Below, piece by piece: positions 29,899 through 36,751 of a DNA stretch of 36,751 bases. Position numbers and translations under genes: made by a program. The DNA lies in contig CAVWFS010000004.1 of NCBI GenBank assembly GCA_963754315.1, forward strand, positions 1 through 36,751. The letters are read 5' to 3'. The stretch comes from an uncultured Candidatus Rokubacteria bacterium. Its GTDB lineage: Bacteria; Methylomirabilota; Methylomirabilia; Rokubacteriales; CSP1-6. The notes beneath the pieces are model-generated. The model did not search any database. It saw nothing but the letters and a program-made list of their open reading frames with translations, and was not told the origin of the DNA. How positions within the stretch are numbered: the stretch's first letter is position 1; every line of letters starts with the position of its first letter.

Positions 29899-30702
29899 TC
29901 ACTCGCTCGGGAAATTGACCGCGAAGGGGATCAGCGGCAATCCACGCACGCCTTCTATGAAGCCCGGTAGCTCAGGCCGAAGCACCGGCAGCGAATCCGC
30001 GATTGGCTTTCCCAGGTAACGTCCCAGCAGATCTCTCATCTCCAAAACGACCAGATCTCGGAGCTCTTGATCCGGATTCGACTCGGCATCGAGAAGAACG
30101 ATCGCCGCCCGTGACGCGTCGTCCCCAACCAGACTCGCGACCGCCTGCCGCGTCTGCGGCATAGGACCATTGACGGCAGACACGACGAAGAGCGCGGTCG
30201 CGCCCAGCATCGGCGCGCCGTTCACGCGGGCCAGGAGCCCTTGCTGCTGCAGAATCGTGGCTGCTTGTTGGGCACTGGGCTCGTCATGTCCGACGATGAC
30301 GACCCGATCGGACGGAGATACCGGGGGCACACAGGACACACTACGCAGGGTGCCGGTCACCGCGGTGACCCCCAGACGGGTACACCGCACGGGCCCCTGT
30401 CCCGTGGAAGCGCTCACGATGGCGCCGCATTGAAGCGGGTTCGCCACTGGAGGAAGGGCGGATAGCGTGTAGTTCAGACGAAACTCACCATCGACCAGCA
30501 CGGCGACGGCGCTGACGGGCCTCTTGAGCCAGAGGCCCGTACCAATGAACTGAGTGTCATTGCCGTCGAAGAAAAGTGAGATCGCAGCGGCTGGCTCGTC
30601 GAGGGTCAAGCAGAATGGCCCCGCGAGCTCGGCAGAGACGCCAGTGGTCACCCCGACCACCACGGCGGCACTGCAGACAAGGATGATCGCGCGCACTCTC
30701 AT
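29899..30702 (-). CDS. Secreted hypothetical protein with C-terminal degenerate EF-Tu G-domain-like region
   Basis: Signal-like N-terminus, GGAGG RBS; ALFVVSAVNGPMPQTRQ and DQELRDLVVLEMRDLLGRY. Confidence 0.7.
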   Translation of the reverse strand: MRVRAIILVCSAAVVVGVTTGVSAELAGPFCLTLDEPAAAISLFFDGNDTQFIGTGLWLKRPVSAVAVLVDGEFRLNYTLSALPPVANPLQCGAIVSASTGQGPVRCTRLGVTAVTGTLRSVSCVPPVSPSDRVVIVGHDEPSAQQAATILQQQGLLARVNGAPMLGATALFVVSAVNGPMPQTRQAVASLVGDDASRAAIVLLDAESNPDQELRDLVVLEMRDLLGRYLGKPIADSLPVLRPELPGFIEGVRGLPLIPFAVNFPSE

Positions 30703-30831
30703 CGTGGTTCCTCCCGTCGGGACCTTGCGGTGGTATGTTCGCTTCGACAGATCCAACGCCTATCGATCACGAGAGCCTATGTTACGGTGGCCACCGCATT
30801 CCGCTATCACCCATCGGGAGGAGACGCCGCC

Positions 30832-32097
30832 ATGACCGATGCTCCCACCCGTTTCACCTTGATCACAGCCGCCCGCCTCCTCGATGGGACGGGCGCCATG
30901 CCCATCGAACAGGCGGCCCTGCTCATGGAGGATGACCGTATCGTCGCCTTGGGGCGCCAGGCCGATGTGCGCATCGCCGATGGCGTGCCGGTGGAGCGGC
31001 GAGAATATGCTGGCGGCACGATCCTCCCCGGCCTGGTTGACGCGCACACGCACCTGGTGGCGCCGGGCGACGGTACCCTCGGCGACGACGTTGCCAAGGA
31101 GGACGACGACATCCTGCTCCTGCAGGCGGCCAAGAATGCCCGCACGCTCCTTCACTCCGGCGTGACGACGCTCCGCGAGAACGGCGCCAAAGGCAAGGTG
31201 GCCTTCTCACTCCGCGAGGGTATTCGGCGCCAGCTTGCCCCGGGACCCCGGATGGTCATCTGCGGCCGCCCGATCTCGATCACCGGTGGGCACATGGGCT
31301 ACTTCGGCTCCGAGGCCGATGGGGAGTCGGCCGTGCGGGCCGAGGTGCGGAAGCTCCTGAAGGAGGGCGCCGACTACATCAAGATCGTGGCCAGCGGCGG
31401 CTCCACGCGCACCTCCGATCCGAACCGCGCCTCCTACACGGTGCCCGAGCTCTCGGCCATGACCGACGAGGCCCACCGGCACGGCAAGCTCACGGCCGCC
31501 CACTGCACCTCCGCGCAGTCCGTCCAGAACTGCCTCGACGCCGACGTCGACATGATCATCCATTGCATCTTCACGGAATCCGATGGTACGTACCGATTCC
31601 GTCCCGATCTGGTCGAGCGACTGGTCGCGGCCAAAGCCTGGGTCAACCCGACGCTGTATGTGATGAAGGCCGGCATCGAGCGGCTGCGCGAAGCCCGCGC
31701 GCGGGAGGGGCGGCTCACGCCGGAGCTCCTGGCCCATCTCGAACAATCAACGCGAGCGCTCGACGTACGGGTTGATGCCGTACGCCAGATGAGCGAAGCG
31801 GGTGTCCGCATGACGGCGGGCTCGGACTCGCCCTGGGGCTGGTATGCTCCCGGCGAGTTCGTCCACGAGATTCACATGCTCGCCCAAGCGGGGCTGTCGT
31901 ACGCCGACGCCATCGTGGCCGGTACCGCCGGGGCGGCAGATTCGATCGGGGCGGGGGCGGTGGCGGGCCGCCTGGTCCCCGGCCGGCTCGCGGATGTCCT
32001 CGTGGTGCGCGGCGATCCCACGCGCGAGATCACCGCGCTGTGGGACGTCATGGACGTCTATCAGGCCGGTCGCCGCATCGCGCGCGGGGTCGCCTAA
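30832..32097 (+). CDS. Metal-dependent amidohydrolase (Xaa-Pro dipeptidase-like)
   Basis: LPGLVDAHTH, GVTTLRE, TGGH, GADYIKIVASGG, AAH, IIH, AGSD. Confidence 0.92.
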   Translation: MTDAPTRFTLITAARLLDGTGAMPIEQAALLMEDDRIVALGRQADVRIADGVPVERREYAGGTILPGLVDAHTHLVAPGDGTLGDDVAKEDDDILLLQAAKNARTLLHSGVTTLRENGAKGKVAFSLREGIRRQLAPGPRMVICGRPISITGGHMGYFGSEADGESAVRAEVRKLLKEGADYIKIVASGGSTRTSDPNRASYTVPELSAMTDEAHRHGKLTAAHCTSAQSVQNCLDADVDMIIHCIFTESDGTYRFRPDLVERLVAAKAWVNPTLYVMKAGIERLREARAREGRLTPELLAHLEQSTRALDVRVDAVRQMSEAGVRMTAGSDSPWGWYAPGEFVHEIHMLAQAGLSYADAIVAGTAGAADSIGAGAVAGRLVPGRLADVLVVRGDPTREITALWDVMDVYQAGRRIARGVA

Positions 32098-32185
32098 GGC
32101 GCGGACAGCGCCGCTTGGGGCCGTGACGAGTGCGGTCGCTACTGTCAAGCGAGACGGTACGTCCTCCGGATCGGCTCAGCAAACT

Positions 32186-33151
32186 TCAATACAGATGGCA
32201 GGCCGCGGTGTGTCCGGGACCGACGATGCGCAGAGCCGGACGTTCTACCCGGCAGCGATCGAATGCGCGGGGACAGCGCGGGTGAAATCGGCAGCCCGAC
32301 GGCACCGCCAGGGGGCTCGCGACCTCGCCCTTCGGAATGATGCGCTCGCGACGCAAGCTTGGATCGGCCACCGGAACCGCGGCCAGGAGTCCCTGCGTGT
32401 AGGGATGCTTCGGCTCGCGGTGGACCGCATCGCGTCCGCCGACCTCGACGATCTCGCCGAGGTACATCACGGCCACGCGGTCAGACATGTGAAGGACCAC
32501 GTGGAGATCGTGGGAGATGAACAGATAGGTCAGCCCGAAGCGCCGCCGGAGATCCATCAGCAAATTGAGCACCTGGGCCTGGACGGAGACGTCGAGGGCC
32601 GACACCGGCTCGTCAGCCACGATGAGGCTTGGGTGCAGGGCGAGGGCGGCCGCAATGCCAATGCGCTGACGCTGGCCCCCCGAGAGCTCGTGCGGATAGC
32701 GCTCCGCGAGGCCGGGATCGAGACCCACCACCTCCAGGAGCTCAGTCACCCGGCGGCGCTGCTTCTGCGCATCCGCCTGATGGTAGATCGCCAACGGCTC
32801 GGCGACGATCCCGCCCACCCGCATCCGCGGATTCAGCGAACCGAAAGGATCCTGGAAGACGATCTGCATGCGCTGACGCGTGGTCCAAAGGTCGCGCGCC
32901 GAGAGGGCGAGAAGATCCCGACCCTCAAAGCGGATCTGTCCGGCGCTGGGCTCGAGAAGTCTGAGGATGAGCCGCCCCGTCGTCGACTTCCCGCAGCCCG
33001 ACTCGCCAACGAGCCCCAAGGTCTCCCCAGGTTCGAGCGAGAAACTGATGCCGTCTACGGCATGAATCACCCGGTGGCCCCGTGCAAGCCACGTCCCGCC
33101 GACGTCGAATCGCTTGACCAGGCTCTGCACCTGGAGGAGCGGACCTGACAT
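32186..33151 (-). CDS. Oligo/dipeptide ABC transporter ATPase (OppF/DppF-like)
   Basis: [34 protein letters not shown]. Confidence 0.95.
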   Translation of the reverse strand: MSGPLLQVQSLVKRFDVGGTWLARGHRVIHAVDGISFSLEPGETLGLVGESGCGKSTTGRLILRLLEPSAGQIRFEGRDLLALSARDLWTTRQRMQIVFQDPFGSLNPRMRVGGIVAEPLAIYHQADAQKQRRRVTELLEVVGLDPGLAERYPHELSGGQRQRIGIAAALALHPSLIVADEPVSALDVSVQAQVLNLLMDLRRRFGLTYLFISHDLHVVLHMSDRVAVMYLGEIVEVGGRDAVHREPKHPYTQGLLAAVPVADPSLRRERIIPKGEVASPLAVPSGCRFHPRCPRAFDRCRVERPALRIVGPGHTAACHLY

Positions 33152-34113
33152 CACACGACGACCACGGGACAGGCCACGAAGTGGCCAGGCAAGCGTTCCT
33201 CGAGTGAGGGCGCGTGGCGACGACAACTCGGGATGACGTGAGCGCAGCGCGGAGCGAAGCGACATCCGCTCTGGGCTAGGCGTAGATCGGGCGGGGCCCC
33301 TTCGATGGAGACGAGCGGCTGCCCGAAGCGACTTGGATGCGGAAGGCACTCGAGCAGGCCCCGCGTGTACGGATGGAGAGGCCGGGCAAAGAGATCGCCC
33401 ACCGGCGCCAGCTCGACGATGCGTCCAGCATAGATGACGGCGACCCGGTGGCACAGCTCGGCTACGACGCCGAGGTCGTGGGTGATGAGGAGAACAGCCA
33501 TTCCGCGCTCGGCCTGGAGCCGGCGCAGGAGATCGAGGATCTGCGCCTGGATGGTGACGTCGAGCGCCGTGGTGGGTTCATCGGCGATCAGAAGGGCCGG
33601 GCCCGACGCCAAGGCCATCGCGATCATGGCGCGCTGCCGCAGACCTCCTGAGAGCTGGTGAGGATAGTCGCGCGCGCGTTGCCGTGGCGACGGGATTTGG
33701 ACCAGATCGAGCATGGCCTCGGTCCGGGCCCAGGCTTCATGACGATTGGCGCCACCATGAGCGACGATGGCCGAGGCGATCTGGTCGCCGATGGAGAAGA
33801 CGGGGTTCAGGGAGGTCATCGGCTCCTGGAACACCATGGACACCCGCGCTCCGCGCACCTGACGCATGGCCTCCGCGTCCTTGGCCAGCAGGTCCTCGCC
33901 CTCGAGGAAGATACGCCCTGCGGTGACGCGCCCAGGGGGTGAGACCAGCCGCATGATGGACAGCGCGGTGACGCTCTTCCCGCAGCCGCTCTCACCCACG
34001 AGCCCGAGCACTTCTCCCCGTTCGATGGTGAAGCTGACGCCGTCCACCGCCCGGCGCACGCCGTCCCCGGTCGGAAAATGGGTGTGGAGGTCTTCGACGG
34101 CGAGGAGCGGCAC
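33151..34113 (-). CDS. Oligo/dipeptide ABC transporter ATPase (OppD/DppD-like)
   Basis: [36 protein letters not shown]. Confidence 0.95.
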   Translation of the reverse strand: MPLLAVEDLHTHFPTGDGVRRAVDGVSFTIERGEVLGLVGESGCGKSVTALSIMRLVSPPGRVTAGRIFLEGEDLLAKDAEAMRQVRGARVSMVFQEPMTSLNPVFSIGDQIASAIVAHGGANRHEAWARTEAMLDLVQIPSPRQRARDYPHQLSGGLRQRAMIAMALASGPALLIADEPTTALDVTIQAQILDLLRRLQAERGMAVLLITHDLGVVAELCHRVAVIYAGRIVELAPVGDLFARPLHPYTRGLLECLPHPSRFGQPLVSIEGAPPDLRLAQSGCRFAPRCAHVIPSCRRHAPSLEERLPGHFVACPVVVV

Positions 34114-34114
34114 C

Positions 34115-35002
34115 TCAGACCTTCAGGCGCGGATCGAGAGTGTCGCGGAGCCAGTCGCCCAGCAGGTTGACGGCGAGCACGGTCAGCATGATGGCAAGTC
34201 CGGGAAAGGTAGCGAGCCACCAGGCGGTGGCGATGTAGTTTCGTCCATCCGCGAGCATCCAGCCCCAGGTGGGTGTGGGCGGCTGCACGCCGAGCCCGAG
34301 GAAAGAAAGGGCCGACTCGTAGATGATCATGAAGGCCAGCTCCAAGGTGGCCACGACGATGATGGGGGTCAGGGCGTTGGGGAGCACGTGGCGCAGGAGC
34401 AGGCGAAGCGACCGATTGCCACGCGCCCGGGCCCCGCTCACGAACTCGCGCTCGCGGATGGAGAGCACGTCGGCGCGCACAATGCGCGCGAACTGTACCC
34501 AGCGCGTGACCGCCATCACCAGGATCACATTGAGGAGGCTGGGGCCGAGGGCGAAGACCACGCCCATGGCGAGCAGGATGTACGGAATGGACAGGAAGAC
34601 ATCGGCCACTCGCATGATGACCGCATCGGCGCGGCCGCCATGAAAGCCGGCCAGCAGGCCGAGGCTGACCCCGATCAGAGCGGAGAGCGTCACCGCGGAG
34701 AGCCCCACCCCGAGTGAGATCCGTCCTCCGTAGACGATACGGCTCAAGATGTCCCGGCCGAGGTGATCGGTGCCCAGCGGATGTTCGCGCAGGCCGCGCG
34801 CCTCCCAGGCGGGCGGCCGCAGTCGCTTCATGAGCATCTGGCGCGCGGGATCCCAGGGCGCGAGTTGGGGGGCGAGCAGCGCGGCGCCGGCCATCACGAC
34901 CAGCACGGTGAGGCCGAACACGGCTCGAAAGCTCGGGCGGCGCCGGATGGGCCCGGCCACGGGCCCAAGGGTCACCGCCGTCGCCCCGACCGCCTCGCTC
35001 AC
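34115..35002 (-). CDS. Peptide ABC transporter permease (OppC/DppC-like)
   Basis: HPLGTDHLGRD, ESALSFLGLG, PTWGWML. Confidence 0.95.
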   Translation of the reverse strand: MSEAVGATAVTLGPVAGPIRRRPSFRAVFGLTVLVVMAGAALLAPQLAPWDPARQMLMKRLRPPAWEARGLREHPLGTDHLGRDILSRIVYGGRISLGVGLSAVTLSALIGVSLGLLAGFHGGRADAVIMRVADVFLSIPYILLAMGVVFALGPSLLNVILVMAVTRWVQFARIVRADVLSIREREFVSGARARGNRSLRLLLRHVLPNALTPIIVVATLELAFMIIYESALSFLGLGVQPPTPTWGWMLADGRNYIATAWWLATFPGLAIMLTVLAVNLLGDWLRDTLDPRLKV

Positions 35003-35928
35003 GGCGTCCTTCGCACGAAGACGATCCGTGGATCCAGGTAGGTGTAGATGAGATCCATGGCCAGGTTGATGAGGACAAAGAGGGTGGCCAGCATGGCCAC
35101 GATAGCCTGCACGAGTGGGTAGTCTCGGCTGAAGATAGCATCCACCGCCAATCGGCCCACCCCGGGCCAGGCGAAGATCGTCTCGGTGATGACGGCGCCG
35201 CCCAGCAGGATCCCGAACTCGAGCCCCACGATAGTGACGAGGGGAATGGCGGCGTTCTTAAGGGCGTACTTGTAGGTGACCACGAAGGCGCGCAGGCCCG
35301 CCGCTCGTGCCGTACGGACGTAGTCCTGGGCAAGCACCTCGAGCATGCCCGAGCGGGCCATCCGCGCGATACGGGCCATCGAGAAGGCTCCCAGAGCGAT
35401 GGCGGGCAGGACGAGGGACTTCAGGCCGTCGCGGCCCGCCGCGGGAAACCATCCGAGCCCCACAGCGAACACCATGATGAGAAGAAGGCCAAGCCAGTAG
35501 ACGGGCATTGCCTGCCCGATGAGGACACCCACCGAGCAGAGGGCGTCGAGAATGGAGTTGCGACGGAGCGCGGCCAGGATGCCGGCGGGGACGGCCACCA
35601 GAAGGGCGAGGCCGAGGCCGGCCGCTGTGAGCTGAAGGGTCGCCGGCAGTGTCTGGGCGATGAGGGTGAGGGCAGGGACCTGGTGCTTGAACGAGAGCCC
35701 GAAGTCGCCGCGGATAGCGCGGGAGAGGAATCGTGCGTACTGCATCCACAGCGGATCGTCGAGGCCCAGCAGGGCCCGCAGCTGCCTCACGTCCTCTTCT
35801 CTCGCCTCGAGCGGCAGGAGGAGCCGCGTCGGATCCCCGGTCAAGTGGAGAAGTCCGAACACGATGACGGAGACACCGAGCAAAACGAAGAGGCTCTGCA
35901 GCAAGCGACGAAGGACGTAGACGAGCAT
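34999..35928 (-). CDS. Peptide ABC transporter permease (OppB/DppB-like)
   Basis: GLDDPL, GDFGLS, DYVRTARA, ETIFAWPGVG, RDYP. Confidence 0.95.
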   Translation of the reverse strand: MLVYVLRRLLQSLFVLLGVSVIVFGLLHLTGDPTRLLLPLEAREEDVRQLRALLGLDDPLWMQYARFLSRAIRGDFGLSFKHQVPALTLIAQTLPATLQLTAAGLGLALLVAVPAGILAALRRNSILDALCSVGVLIGQAMPVYWLGLLLIMVFAVGLGWFPAAGRDGLKSLVLPAIALGAFSMARIARMARSGMLEVLAQDYVRTARAAGLRAFVVTYKYALKNAAIPLVTIVGLEFGILLGGAVITETIFAWPGVGRLAVDAIFSRDYPLVQAIVAMLATLFVLINLAMDLIYTYLDPRIVFVRRTP

Positions 35929-35973
35929 GGTCAGACTCGCCCGAGGTCAAAACCCTGGCGGTATCGGTATATC

Positions 35974-36043
35974 GAGGAGCGTCCCGGGTTCCCCGGGGCG
36001 CTTCCGAGCGGGGGGGATTGGGGGGCGAAGTTGGGCCCCCCAT
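35974..36043 (-). repeat. ~70-bp dispersed REP/MITE-like repeat (copy 2, intergenic)
   Basis: rc atggggggcccaacttcgccccccaatcccccccgctcggaagcgccccggggaacccgggacgctcctc, similar to 19402-19473. Confidence 0.75.
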
Positions 36044-36047
36044 CTCT

Positions 36048-36751
36048 CTAAAAGCTGATCTCGGTCAACCGGATGGACTCGTCGCCGCGCGGCGCCCACT
36101 TGAGGCGCGCGTTGACGCCGTAGATGTCCATCTGCTGATAGCCAAAGATGTATGGCGCTTCCTCGCGGATGAGGCGCAGGAGCTGGCTGTAGAGCTGCTT
36201 ACGCTTCTCCGTGTTCATCTCGGACCGGGCCTGCTCCATGAGCTTGTCCACCTCGGCGTTCGAATACTGAGAGACGGGCTCCCCCGTTTTGAGGTTCGGC
36301 GTCACCCAGTGGTCGGGATCGAGGCTGGGCATGCACCACCCGCTCATGGCGATGTCCTCGGTCTTGTGGTCGAGGATCGTCCGCACGTACGCGCCCCATT
36401 CCGCGATGACCTTGACGTTGGCCTTGATGCCGTTGTCGAGCTGCCCGGCCACCGCCTGTGCGATGTCCTTGTCCATGGCCCAGCGTCCGTTGGGGGCCTG
36501 GATCGTCACGGCCAGGTTGCTCTGCCCGGCCGCCGCCAGCAACTCCTTGGCCTTCTTGGGGTTGTATTCGTAGAAGGGAATGCTCGGATCGTAGCCCCAC
36601 ACGTTGGGCGGCATCCAGGAATCGATGCGCTTGCCGTTGCCGAGCAGCACGGCGTCGAGAATACCCTGCATGTCGACGGCATGGTTCAGGGCCTGGCGCA
36701 CGCGCTTGTCGGCGATGGGCCCTCCCTTGATCTGGGCAATGGTGAACGAGA
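36048..36751 (-). CDS. Peptide ABC transporter substrate-binding protein (family 5), 5' end outside the window
   Basis: VRQALNHAVD, YNPKKAKELL, KRKQLY. Confidence 0.92.
   Translation of the reverse strand, partial: SFTIAQIKGGPIADKRVRQALNHAVDMQGILDAVLLGNGKRIDSWMPPNVWGYDPSIPFYEYNPKKAKELLAAAGQSNLAVTIQAPNGRWAMDKDIAQAVAGQLDNGIKANVKVIAEWGAYVRTILDHKTEDIAMSGWCMPSLDPDHWVTPNLKTGEPVSQYSNAEVDKLMEQARSEMNTEKRKQLYSQLLRLIREEAPYIFGYQQMDIYGVNARLKWAPRGDESIRLTEISF

Overview
A high-GC bacterial chromosomal window with two zones. Gene content and repeats are suggestive of Candidatus Rokubacteria/Methylomirabilota; this is inference only. (1) 1-9127 is an accessory zone downstream of a minus-strand tRNA-Asn(GTT) at 9128-9203. 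Two further copies of the tRNA 3' half (267-311, 4225-4266) with shared flanking arm sequences delimit two related, tandem, apparently integrase-less islands. A DDE 'integrase core' IS end sits next to each tRNA-derived site. Cargo includes a dienelactone hydrolase, a quinone oxidoreductase, a cryptic frameshifted PD-(D/E)XK nuclease, a cryptic ~81-aa peptide with four (G/A)(Y/F)(I/V)C motifs, and fragments of a PTP-like phytase and a TM0106-type nuclease. (2) 9290-36751 is core and metabolic DNA: PDH E1, recR-ybaB-dnaX, large (Alu-type) SRP RNA, two tRNA-Ser, a subtilase, tadA, sthA, xth, three luciferase-like monooxygenases, an MmyB-like regulator, MFS, VapBC-type TA, a truncated tctAB, a secreted protein with a degenerate EF-Tu-like domain, an amidohydrolase and an opp/dpp operon. 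Many single-base frameshifts, even in dnaX, suggest long-read consensus errors, so pseudogene calls are provisional. All family assignments come from recognised motifs, not database searches.
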